From the NCBI GenBank assembly GCA_965232515.1, contig CBDDPY010000002.1, positions 6,816,001-6,880,000 of the forward strand: a stretch of 64,000 nt of DNA, written 5' to 3'. The stretch's first letter is position 1, and the number at the start of each line of letters is the position of its first letter. Both the position numbers and the translations under genes were made by a program. Source of the stretch: Alphaproteobacteria bacterium (GTDB lineage Bacteria > Pseudomonadota > Alphaproteobacteria > GCA-2731375). Below the pieces are notes generated by a model that saw only the letters and a program-made list of their open reading frames with translations, did not search any database and was not told where the DNA came from. Positions 21,469 through 30,270 of the stretch are shown here, piece after piece.

Positions 21469-22764
21469 ATGGGTTCGAAATCTCGGCCGACGTTTTCGGC
21501 GACCAGGGCGACGATCGCGCGCTGCGCGCGGCGCGGCATCCGGCCGTCGCGACCGGTTTTCTGGCTGGCGATGGCGCTGCCGCTGCTGCAGGCCTGCTCG
21601 GGCATTCCGCAGGGCGAGTGGAGCCTTTCCGGCGAGATCGCCGCCGAGATGCGCTACTTCCCGCACCAGCCGCGGTTCGTCGGCCAGGACGACAATATCG
21701 AATTCTCGCCATCGGGCTTCATCCAGCCCGAGGTCATGTACGAGTGGAACGACGGCGACGATCGGATCACGCTGAAACCCTATTTCCGCTGGGATGCCGA
21801 CGACGACAACCGCACCCACGGCGACCTGCGCGAGGCCAACTGGCTGCATGTCGGCGCCGACTGGGATCTGGTGGTCGGCATCGATCGGGTGTTCTGGGGC
21901 GTCACCGAGTCGCGCCATCTGGTCGACATCATCAACCAGGTCGATCAGGTCGAGGACATCGACGAGGAAGACCGGCTGGGCCAGCCGATGATCAATTTTC
22001 GCCTGCAGCGCGACTTCGGCACCTTCAGCGCTTTCGTCTTGCCGGGTTTTCGTAAGCGCACCTTTCCGGACGCCAGCGCGCGCCTGCGCGGGCCGTTCGT
22101 GATCGACGACGACGATCCGACCTACGACTCCAGTGCCGACGAGAAGCACATCGACTTCGCCGGCCGCTGGGCGCACAGCGTCGGCGACTGGGATGTCGGC
22201 GTCGCGCATTTCCACGGCACCAGCCGCGAGCCGCGCCTGCTGCCGCAGGCCGAGCCGGGCGGCGGCGTCATCCTGCGTCCGCAATACGATCTGATCGACC
22301 AGACCAGCCTGGACGCGCAATTCACGCATGACGCCTGGCTGTTGAAGCTGGAGGCGATCACCCGCAGCGGCCATGGCGATCGCTTCGCCGCGGCCGTCGC
22401 CGGCTTCGAATACACCTTCTTCCAGGTCATGGAGACCGACGCCGATGTCGGCCTGCTGGGCGAGTACCTCTATGACGGCCGCGACGACGCGCCCGAGGCG
22501 CCGGCGACCATCTTCGATGACGACGTGTTCCTGGGCGCCCGCGTGACCTGGAACGATCCGCAGGACACGGCGCTGTTGCTGGGCCTGGTGGTCGACGTCA
22601 GCAACCAGTCGACCATGAAGTTCGTCGAGTTCGAACGCCGCGTCGGCGACAATTGGAAGTTCGAGCTCGAGGCCCGGCTGTTCAACGACGTCGACGAGAA
22701 CGACGCGCTCGACGGCCTGCGCGATGACGACTTCGTCACCCTGCGCTTCACCCGTCACTTTTAG
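21469..22764 (+). CDS. Putative outer-membrane beta-barrel protein of unknown function
   Basis: Alternating aromatic strands, VFWGVTESRHLVDIINQ motif, C-terminal Phe; start uncertain. Confidence 0.7.
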   Translation: MGSKSRPTFSATRATIARCARRGIRPSRPVFWLAMALPLLQACSGIPQGEWSLSGEIAAEMRYFPHQPRFVGQDDNIEFSPSGFIQPEVMYEWNDGDDRITLKPYFRWDADDDNRTHGDLREANWLHVGADWDLVVGIDRVFWGVTESRHLVDIINQVDQVEDIDEEDRLGQPMINFRLQRDFGTFSAFVLPGFRKRTFPDASARLRGPFVIDDDDPTYDSSADEKHIDFAGRWAHSVGDWDVGVAHFHGTSREPRLLPQAEPGGGVILRPQYDLIDQTSLDAQFTHDAWLLKLEAITRSGHGDRFAAAVAGFEYTFFQVMETDADVGLLGEYLYDGRDDAPEAPATIFDDDVFLGARVTWNDPQDTALLLGLVVDVSNQSTMKFVEFERRVGDNWKFELEARLFNDVDENDALDGLRDDDFVTLRFTRHF

Positions 22765-23065
22765 GCGGCCTAGTTACGGAATTGCGGCCTGCATCTTTTC
22801 AGAGCGCGTCGCCCGGCAACAGCGACTGTGCGGCGGCTGCAAATGAATAGCCGGAAACGCCTCAGGGCCAACGTGGCGCTTGAGAAACGCCGACCATTTG
22901 CAATTCGTGTGTTGCGCAGTCAAAAATGCTCTGGCACGCAAGGTAAGTTGCAGCCGCAGGATGCGACAATTGTGACAGCCGATTTCAGTTGTTTGATCGC
23001 CTGCAATGATATGCGCGCTACTGTCTGAGTAGAACTCGTCCGCAAAGCCGGAATGGGCTCTCAGC

Positions 23066-24229
23066 ATGCATGGTCCGAGCTCGAACTTGGGGCTGATAAG
23101 CTGGCTGACGGCAGGCGCACCTCACGCAAATGATTTGATTGATCTTGCGGCCGGTATTGCGAAACGGCTGCGATCGACCGGCATAAATGCAGACCAATTC
23201 GCGCTTTATGCGACAACAATCCACCCGGAGATGCCGGGAAATTATGTGTACTGGACCGAAGCCACGGGCGCCCGCCACCTGACTTATTCGCCCGAACACC
23301 TCCGATCGTCTGACGTCTGGGTAGGATGCGCGGCACACAGGTGTGTCGAAACCGAGAGGATGATCGTCCATACGATCGGGAAGACTCCGGAATTCGATGT
23401 TCGACCGGAATCGCGAATGTTCCTCGAGCGCGGCTACAAGCAGTTCGTCTATACGCCGCTTCATTCGAGTCACACACTGGTGAACAGTGTGGCGGCCTAT
23501 GGAACGAAGCGAGAGGGCGGGTTTTCGGAGGACGATATCGATCGCATGCGCAACCTGCAGGGACATCTGGCTCGCGTCGCCGAGGGCATGGTCCTGCGCG
23601 AAAGCACAGAGCAGATTTTGTCGACTTACGTCGGACGCGATGCCGGCGGGCACGTCCTGCGGGGGAATATTCTCAGGGGTGATTCAGAAACGATTCCCTC
23701 GGTCGTTTTGTTTGCCGATCTGCGCGACTTCACCGCGTTCTCAAATACACGGCCCGTAGGCGAAGTCATAGAAAGGTTAAACAGGTTCTTCGAGATCGCC
23801 GGTACAGCCATCTACGAAAACGGCGGAGAGATTCTTAAATTTCTTGGTGACGGGTTCCTGGCGATATTCCCGACGCCGGACGACGTCAATGCCCAGTTGT
23901 CAGCGGCAGCGGACGCGTTAACAGCGATTGAAGTCACCCGATCTGCATTGGACAAAGAAGCTGGACCGATAATTCGTTTCAGAGCCGCATTGCATGTTGG
24001 TGACATCTTCTATGGAAACATCGGCAGTAAGTCGCGCATGGACTTCACCGCAATTGGCGCTACCGTTAATTTGGCAGCGCGTTTATTGGACTGTGCCGAC
24101 GCACTTGATGCGGACGTCGTGTGTTCGGACGCGTTCCACCGGCTGATCCCGGATCGAACGGCGTCGATTGGAGATCATTTCTTCAAGGGCTTTGAAGATC
24201 CTCAACCGGTTTTTCGCGTCGATTTTTAG
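23066..24229 (+). CDS. Class III adenylate cyclase with N-terminal GAF-like region
   Basis: LFADLRDFT, ILKFLGDG, RMDFTAIGATVNLAARL (K/D pair indicates ATP specificity); visibly lower GC. Confidence 0.9.
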   Translation: MHGPSSNLGLISWLTAGAPHANDLIDLAAGIAKRLRSTGINADQFALYATTIHPEMPGNYVYWTEATGARHLTYSPEHLRSSDVWVGCAAHRCVETERMIVHTIGKTPEFDVRPESRMFLERGYKQFVYTPLHSSHTLVNSVAAYGTKREGGFSEDDIDRMRNLQGHLARVAEGMVLRESTEQILSTYVGRDAGGHVLRGNILRGDSETIPSVVLFADLRDFTAFSNTRPVGEVIERLNRFFEIAGTAIYENGGEILKFLGDGFLAIFPTPDDVNAQLSAAADALTAIEVTRSALDKEAGPIIRFRAALHVGDIFYGNIGSKSRMDFTAIGATVNLAARLLDCADALDADVVCSDAFHRLIPDRTASIGDHFFKGFEDPQPVFRVDF

Positions 24230-24404
24230 AAGCGGTGCTTTGCGACAGATTCGCCATTTCGGATCTTTAAGCACCCGGCGGCGGATCTAGCGGTCCGGTG
24301 CAACTTTTTTGTCTGTCCGGGCGTCCCTGAAACGTCATTAACATGTCGGGCACGCGCGTCACGTCGCGCGGTGCTGTCGATAACTGTGTCATGACGGGGA
24401 GGGG

Positions 24405-25106
24405 ATGATGGCGAAGGCAGCGGCGTTCGAGGGGTTCTCGCGGGAGCTGATCGGGTTCTTCACCGAGCTGGAGAAGAACAACAGCAAGACCTGGTTCGAC
24501 GCGCACCGGGCCGACTACGAGGGCCTTTTCGTCGGGCCGGCGAAGCAGTTCGTCGCGGCCATGGGAAGTGGCCTTGCCAAGGTCTCCAAGGACATTCGGG
24601 CAGACCCGCGCATCAACGGCTCGATCATGCGCATCAATCGGGATGTGCGCTTCTCAAAGGACAAGCGGCCGTACAAGGCGGCGCTGCACATTTTGTTCGC
24701 CGAAGGCGGCTCGCGGCAGGCCTCGCCCGCCTTCTACTTCGGGCTCGACGCCGAGCATGCGTATCTCGGGGGCGGGTTGTTCGGATTCCGGCCGGAGCAG
24801 ATGGCACGTTTTCGCGCCGCCGCCGTCGACGCGAAGCAAGGCAAGGCGTTGGCCGCGGCGGTCGGGAAGGTCACGGCCGTGCCCGGCATGACGCTCGGCG
24901 GTCAGCATTACAAGCGCGTGCCGCGTGGTTTCGACGCCGATCATGCGAATGCCGAGCTGTTGAAGCATGCCGGGCTCTATGCCGGCGTCAGCGCGCCACC
25001 GCCGCCGGAGGTTTTCGGTCCCGACGTTGTCGACTACTGCCTTGCCGGCTTCAAGCGCGTGCGGCCGTTGCAGAAATGGCTGGTCGACGCCGTCGGCGAT
25101 GGTTAG
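24405..25106 (+). CDS. DUF2461 family protein
   Basis: LEKNNSKTWFDAHRADYE, RINRDVRFSKDKRPYK, KRVPRGF. Confidence 0.88.
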   Translation: MMAKAAAFEGFSRELIGFFTELEKNNSKTWFDAHRADYEGLFVGPAKQFVAAMGSGLAKVSKDIRADPRINGSIMRINRDVRFSKDKRPYKAALHILFAEGGSRQASPAFYFGLDAEHAYLGGGLFGFRPEQMARFRAAAVDAKQGKALAAAVGKVTAVPGMTLGGQHYKRVPRGFDADHANAELLKHAGLYAGVSAPPPPEVFGPDVVDYCLAGFKRVRPLQKWLVDAVGDG

Positions 25107-25909
25107 GGGGATCGACGCTCAAGGAAGTCGCGCAGCGTCCGGGCGCATTCGGGGCCGTGCGACAGCGCCATGCCGTGGCGGGCGCCGGCCACGACTTGCA
25201 TTTCGCTCGCCGGCAGCAGCGCGTGCGCCGCGGCGCTGACATCGACCGGGACGAACGGGCTGCCGTCGGGGTGCAGCAGCAGGACCGGCAGGGCGATATC
25301 CGGCAGCAGAGGCGAGAGATCGGCGCCGACCAGCATGTCGGCGAGCCCAAGCACGGCGTCGGGCGATCCGTCGGCCTGTTGGCGCTCGAACCAGTCATAG
25401 GCCGCCTGCGGGATGGCGCCGTCGTGGAAGCGGTGCGGCATCATCCGCCGCGACCAGCCGGCCAGGCCGTCGGCGGCGATCTCGTCACGCCAGGCATGCA
25501 CCTGACCGATGCCGGCGCCCCGGTGCGCGCAGGAGACGCCGGTCACGCTGAGCAGCGCCTCGCCGCGCGTCGCCGCGGCGTGCAGCGCGATGGTGCCGCC
25601 GATGGATTCGCCGACCAGGTGGAAGCGTTCGGCCTCGGCGGCATCGGCCACCGCGAACAGGTCGTCGACCATGCCGTCGAACGTCCAGGCGTGGCCGGTC
25701 GCGGACCGGTGCGAGCGGCCGAAGCCGCGCATGTCGAAGCGCACCAGCCGGTAGGCGTCGGCCAGGACAGGCAGCCAGCCGGACCAGATCCCGGATGTGG
25801 CGCCGACGCCGTGGTGGAAGACGATGACCGGCGGGTCCGTGATCCAGGGCGGGGTCAGGTCGACGACGTCGTAGTGAAGGACGCCGTTAACAGTTTGCAC
25901 TTCGGGCAT
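25103..25909 (-). CDS. Alpha/beta fold hydrolase
   Basis: HHGVG, FDMRGFGRS, nucleophile GESIGG, GARHG; ATG 25909 after GGAGG. Confidence 0.88.
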   Translation of the reverse strand: MPEVQTVNGVLHYDVVDLTPPWITDPPVIVFHHGVGATSGIWSGWLPVLADAYRLVRFDMRGFGRSHRSATGHAWTFDGMVDDLFAVADAAEAERFHLVGESIGGTIALHAAATRGEALLSVTGVSCAHRGAGIGQVHAWRDEIAADGLAGWSRRMMPHRFHDGAIPQAAYDWFERQQADGSPDAVLGLADMLVGADLSPLLPDIALPVLLLHPDGSPFVPVDVSAAAHALLPASEMQVVAGARHGMALSHGPECARTLRDFLERRSP

Positions 25910-25968
25910 GCGATCTTCCTCCAGGGCCATCAGCATACCTCAGTGCTGACTTCGCGGCTGCTGCGCGC

Positions 25969-25999
25969 TTGATCCTGTAGGGGGTGCAGCTATTAGAAT
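25969..25999 (+). promoter_or_regulatory. MerR-type promoter/operator
   Basis: -35 TTGATC (25969-74), 19-bp spacer holding imperfect dyad CTGTAG-GGG-GTGCAG, -10 TAGAAT (25994-99). Confidence 0.75.
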
Positions 26000-26162
26000 G
26001 GCGGCGCCCGGCACGGGAGGCACCTGTCGGGCGTGTTCCGTCGCGGAAATTGGGAGCCGCGACACGCCGCGGCGTCGCGCGGGGGATTCGGCGCCGCGGC
26101 CATTCGGCCGACAGGTCTCGTGCGGCCGACGCCCGCAACTGCCCGGATCGAGAGGCAGGGAC

Positions 26163-26393
26163 ATGAAGGAACAACGGCAACTGATCTGGTGCGCCGCCGG
26201 CACGGTCGTGGCCGCGCTCTGCTGCTTCACGCCGGTCCTGGTGGTGCTGCTAGGCGCGGTCGGGCTCTCGGCCTGGCTCGTTTGGCTCGACTACGTGCTG
26301 CTGCCGGCGTTGGTTGTCTTCGCCGGACTGACGGTTATTGCCTGGCTGCGCTGGATGAAGGCGCGGCGTCGTGCCCTGGAGGCCGCGTCATGA
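26163..26393 (+). CDS. merF: Mercury transport protein MerF
   Basis: GTVVAALCCFTPVLVVLLGAVGLSA..LDYVLLPAL hallmark; lacks the C-terminal Cys pair. Confidence 0.88.
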   Translation: MKEQRQLIWCAAGTVVAALCCFTPVLVVLLGAVGLSAWLVWLDYVLLPALVVFAGLTVIAWLRWMKARRRALEAAS

Positions 26394-26605
26394 GCGTCTT
26401 CGAGCGGTTTTCGACGGTGACCTGTCCGGACTGCGGCCACAGGCAGACGGAGGAAATGTCGACCGACGCATGCCAGTTCTTCTACGACTGCAAGGGCTGC
26501 GGCACGCTGCTGCGCCCGAAGCCCGGCGACTGCTGCGTGTTCTGCTCCTACGGCACCGTCGCCTGCCCGCCGGTCCAAACCGGCGGTATGTGCTGCGGCA
26601 ATTGA
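26390..26605 (+). CDS. GDCCVxC domain-containing Cys-rich protein
   Basis: TCPDCGH..ACQFFYDCKGC..PKPGDCCVFCSYG..CPP; ATGA overlap with merF. Confidence 0.9.
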   Translation: MSVFERFSTVTCPDCGHRQTEEMSTDACQFFYDCKGCGTLLRPKPGDCCVFCSYGTVACPPVQTGGMCCGN

Positions 26606-26607
26606 CG

Positions 26608-26698
26608 TCTGGATTGCCGGGTCAAGCCCGGCAATGACGAATTGGCGCTGAGTATATGCCCGAATTCGTCATACCCGCGCATGACGCGGGTATCCAGA
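26608..26698. repeat. REP doublet (REPIN/BIME-like) of alphaproteobacterial palindromic repeats
   Basis: TGGATTGCCGGGTCAAGCCCGGCAATGAC (26610-38) and inverted variant GTCATACCCGCGCATGACGCGGGTATCCA (26668-96). Confidence 0.8.
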
Positions 26699-26739
26699 GC
26701 CGCCAGACGAATCCTCGGCAAGTACTGGAGGTCGCGCCG

Positions 26740-28464
26740 TCAATGCGACTCGCGCGGCACGGCGGCGCCGCGGTTGCCGACCAGGAAGTCGAGGTCGCAG
26801 CCGGTGTCGGCCTGCATGACGTGGTCGAAATAGAGCCGCTGGTAGCCGCCGGTCATGGGCGGTTCGGGCGGGGTCCAGTTCTCGCGCCGGCGGGCGAGCT
26901 CCTCGTCCGGCACGTCGAGGAACAGCAGCCGGTTCGGCACGTCGAGCTCGATCATGTCGCCGTCGCGCACCAGCGCCAGCGGGCCGCCGGCCGCGGCTTC
27001 GGGCGCGGTGTGCAGCACCACTGTGCCGAAGGCGGTGCCGCTCATGCGCGCGTCCGAGATGCGCACCATGTCCTTGATGCCCTTCTGCAGCACCTTCGGC
27101 GGCAGGCCCATATTGCCGACCTCGGCGATGCCGGGATAGCCGCGCGGGCCGCAGTTCTTCAGCACCATCACGCAAGTTTCGTCGATATCGAGGTCGGGGT
27201 CGGCGATCCTGGCCTTGTAGTCCTCGATGTTTTCGAAGACGACGGCGCGGCCGCGATGCACCATCAGCGCTTCCGTCGCCGCCGACGGCTTGATGACGGC
27301 GCCGTCGGGCGCCAGGTTGCCGCGCAGCACGGCGATGCCGCCGCTGTCGGTCAGCGCGCTCTCGCGGGTGCGGATGACGTCGCGGTCGTAGCAATCGGCT
27401 TCCTTGCAGTTTTCCCAAATGGTCTTGCCGTTGACGGTCAGCGCGTCCTTGTTGATCAGGTCGCCGATCTCGCGCACGACGGCCGGCATGCCGCCAGCGT
27501 AGTAATAGTCCTCCATCAGATACTGACCGGACGGCATGAGATTGACGATGGTCGGCACGTCCTTGCCCCAGGCGTCCCAGTCGTCGAGGTTGAATTCGAC
27601 GCCGAGCCGGCCGGCGATGGCCAGCAGGTGCACGACGGCATTGGTCGAGCCGCCGATGGCGCCGTTCACGCGCACGGCGTTCTGGAAGGATTCGCGCGTG
27701 ACGACGCGGGACATGGTCATGTCCTCGCGCACCATCTCGACGATGCGGCGGCCGGACATGTGGGCGATGACGTTGCGGCGCGAGTCGACGGCGGGAATGG
27801 CGCCGTTGAAAGGCAAGGCCATGCCCAGCGCTTCCGACATGTTGGCCATGGTCGACGCCGTCCCCATGGTCATGCAGTGGCCGGGGCTGCGCGACATGCC
27901 GCTCTCGGCGTCCATGAAGTCCTGCAGCGTCATCTCGCCGGCCTTCACGGCCTCGGCGAACTTGAAGACATCGGTGCCGGAGCCGATCTCGCGGCCCTGG
28001 TAGCGGCCGTTCAGCATCGGCCCGCCGGAAACGACGATCGACGGCAGGTCGCAGGACGCCGCGCCCATCAAGAGCGCCGGCGTGGTCTTGTCGCAGCCGG
28101 CCAGCAGCACGACGCCGTCCATGGGATTGGCGCGGATCGATTCCTCGACATCCATGCTGGCGAGGTTGCGGAACAGCATGGCGGTGGGCCTGAGATTGCT
28201 CTCGCCGAGCGACATCACCGGGAACTCGACCGGCAGACCGCCCGCCTCGTAGACGCCGCGCTTCACGCGCTCGGCGACGTCGCGCAGATGCGCGTTGCAG
28301 GGTGTCAGCTCCGACCAGGTGTTGCAGATGCCGATCACGGGCCGGCCGTCGAATTCGTCGGCCGGGATGCCCTGGTTCTTCATCCAGGAACGGTGCAGGA
28401 AGCCGTCCTTGTCCGACTTGCCGAACCATTCCTGCGACCTGAGTTTCTTCTTGCCCGAGGCCAT
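26740..28464 (-). CDS. IlvD/Edd-family sugar-acid dehydratase (L-arabinonate dehydratase-like)
   Basis: NTWSELTPCNAH, RPTAMLFRNL, GCDKTTP, GHCMTMGTAS, GGSTNA, DARMSGT, C-terminal PRESH. Confidence 0.9.
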   Translation of the reverse strand: MASGKKKLRSQEWFGKSDKDGFLHRSWMKNQGIPADEFDGRPVIGICNTWSELTPCNAHLRDVAERVKRGVYEAGGLPVEFPVMSLGESNLRPTAMLFRNLASMDVEESIRANPMDGVVLLAGCDKTTPALLMGAASCDLPSIVVSGGPMLNGRYQGREIGSGTDVFKFAEAVKAGEMTLQDFMDAESGMSRSPGHCMTMGTASTMANMSEALGMALPFNGAIPAVDSRRNVIAHMSGRRIVEMVREDMTMSRVVTRESFQNAVRVNGAIGGSTNAVVHLLAIAGRLGVEFNLDDWDAWGKDVPTIVNLMPSGQYLMEDYYYAGGMPAVVREIGDLINKDALTVNGKTIWENCKEADCYDRDVIRTRESALTDSGGIAVLRGNLAPDGAVIKPSAATEALMVHRGRAVVFENIEDYKARIADPDLDIDETCVMVLKNCGPRGYPGIAEVGNMGLPPKVLQKGIKDMVRISDARMSGTAFGTVVLHTAPEAAAGGPLALVRDGDMIELDVPNRLLFLDVPDEELARRRENWTPPEPPMTGGYQRLYFDHVMQADTGCDLDFLVGNRGAAVPRESH

Positions 28465-28569
28465 CGCCGTCCCTCCCAATCGATTCACTTGATGCATTAA
28501 TCGGACGGCAGGCAATGGCCGCTGTCAACGGGCGGTGCAAGTCGGCGGGCGCGGATCGACCTGTCCGGC

Positions 28570-28598
28570 TTGACGCGAACAAGTCGGCTAACTAGCGT
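28570..28598 (+). promoter_or_regulatory. Putative sigma70 promoter of VOC fusion gene
   Basis: TTGACG-N17-TAGCGT. Confidence 0.5.
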
Positions 28599-28678
28599 TG
28601 GCACGTTGCTGTAGGGCGCGTCGGCCAATGCGTCGGAAGGGCTATGCCCACCTACTCTCCAATAATTCCAACGCGCCA

Positions 28679-29320
28679 ATGCCCGACATCGACAACCTCA
28701 AAAAGCAAGCCAAGCGATACGTTCGATGGCACCGCACCCGATACCATCCGGTTGCGGCGCAGATCAGATCGCTGCTGCCGGGCCGCGAACACCTCTCGGA
28801 TCAGGAGATCCTCGAGGCGGCGTTCAAGCTCAGCGACGGTCAGGCGCTTGTGGCCAGAAAACACGGGTTCAAGAGTTGGGCGGCGCTTATCGAAGGGGCG
28901 AAAACCATGCCGGCAACGACACCCTCAACTGCCAACCGATCTTTCGTTTTGAGCGCCGAGCCGCAGATATTCGTGACCGACCTCGATGTCGCGTTGCGCT
29001 TTTATGTCGATTTGCTGAAATTCCAGGTCGCGTTCTCCTACGGGCAGCCAGCTTTCTACGCGCAAGTGTTTCGCGACAATGGCCGATTGAACCTGCGTCA
29101 AGTCGAAGGTCCGGTCTTCAATGAAGCGCTGCGAACGAATGAGCAGGACATCCTGTCCGCGACGCTCACGCTCGAAGACGCAAAACCCCTTTTCCTGGAG
29201 TTTCAACAAGCCGGCGTCCCTTTCCATCAGCCTTTGCGAACCGAACCCTGGGGCGCACGAACGTTCATCGTCGAGGACCCGGACGGCAATTTGATCGCGT
29301 TCGCGGGGAAAGACGGATAG
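28679..29320 (+). CDS. VOC/glyoxalase-bleomycin-resistance protein with N-terminal helical 'LKKQAK...GFxSW' domain
   Basis: N-terminal PDIDNLKKQAK...KLSDGQALVARKHGFKSW; C-terminal VTDLDVALRFY, EPWGARTFIVEDPDGN. Confidence 0.85.
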   Translation: MPDIDNLKKQAKRYVRWHRTRYHPVAAQIRSLLPGREHLSDQEILEAAFKLSDGQALVARKHGFKSWAALIEGAKTMPATTPSTANRSFVLSAEPQIFVTDLDVALRFYVDLLKFQVAFSYGQPAFYAQVFRDNGRLNLRQVEGPVFNEALRTNEQDILSATLTLEDAKPLFLEFQQAGVPFHQPLRTEPWGARTFIVEDPDGNLIAFAGKDG

Positions 29321-29397
29321 TCCGACAGCTTCCATCAATGCGTGGCGAGGCCGGTGGTCGTTGTCCTACACGCGGGCCAGCCTGGCAAGCCGGCCGG

Positions 29398-30270
29398 TTA
29401 ACGCTGCGTCGGGTCGAGGCGGGAGCGGATCCAGTCGCCGACGAGGCACATGGACAGCGTGGTGAGGAAGATGACGGCGCCGGGGATGACGGCGAGGTAC
29501 CAGGCGTTCAAAAGGTAATCGCGGCCTTCGCCGAGCATCTGGCCCAACGACGCAAGCGGCGGCTGGATGCCGAGGCCGAGGAAGCTGAGCGAGGTTTCGA
29601 GCAGGATCGTCTGCGGGAAGTTGAGCGTGAGCTGGACGATGAGCGGGCCGATGACGTTCGGCAGGATGTGGCCGAGGTAAAGCCGGCTGGGCTTGGCGCC
29701 CAGCGCGCGGACAGCGACGGCGTAGCCCTGTTCGCGGGCGGCCAGCACCAGGCCGCGGGTGAGGCGGGCGTAGGTCTCCCAGCCGTAGAGCCCCATCAGC
29801 GCCAGGAACAGGTAGAAGTTGTTGCCGAAGAAGGCGAGGACGGCGAGCGCGATGATCAGGAACGGCATGGCCGCCTGCCAGTCGACCATGGTCATGACGA
29901 TCTCGTCGACGATGCCGCCGCGATGCGCCGCGAGCACGCCCAGAAACGTGCCGAGCACGGCGCCGATCAGCGTGCCGAGCACGGCGAGCGCGATCGACAC
30001 CTGCGTCGCCAGCAGCAGGCGGGAGAGCAGGTCGCGCCCGAGCTTGTCCGTGCCCAGCAGATACCCGTCGACGGACAGCGGCGACCAGAACGGCGGCTTC
30101 AGGCGGTAGAGCAGGTTGGTCTCTTCATAGTCGTGCGGCGCCAGCGCCGGCCCGAACAGCGCCACCAGACAGATGGCGGTCAGGAACGCGGCCGAAAGGG
30201 CGACGGTCGGCGGCACGCCGTTGCCGCTTTTCGGTTTCGCGCGCGGCCGGGAATGTACGGCGTCGGTCAT
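29398..30270 (-). CDS. Peptide-family ABC permease (DppC/AccE-like)
   Basis: LGTDKLGRD, HILPN, LSFLGLGIQPP; start MTDAVH at 30270. Confidence 0.9.
   Translation of the reverse strand: MTDAVHSRPRAKPKSGNGVPPTVALSAAFLTAICLVALFGPALAPHDYEETNLLYRLKPPFWSPLSVDGYLLGTDKLGRDLLSRLLLATQVSIALAVLGTLIGAVLGTFLGVLAAHRGGIVDEIVMTMVDWQAAMPFLIIALAVLAFFGNNFYLFLALMGLYGWETYARLTRGLVLAAREQGYAVAVRALGAKPSRLYLGHILPNVIGPLIVQLTLNFPQTILLETSLSFLGLGIQPPLASLGQMLGEGRDYLLNAWYLAVIPGAVIFLTTLSMCLVGDWIRSRLDPTQR

Noticed and set aside
22930-22955. Sigma54 promoter (TGGCACG...TTGC)
   Set aside because: Spacer is 9 nt instead of the required 4
26390-26605. Selenocysteine in the GDCCVxC protein
   Set aside because: All motif positions are ordinary Cys codons; the TGA follows a complete domain and is followed by a REP, not an evident SECIS
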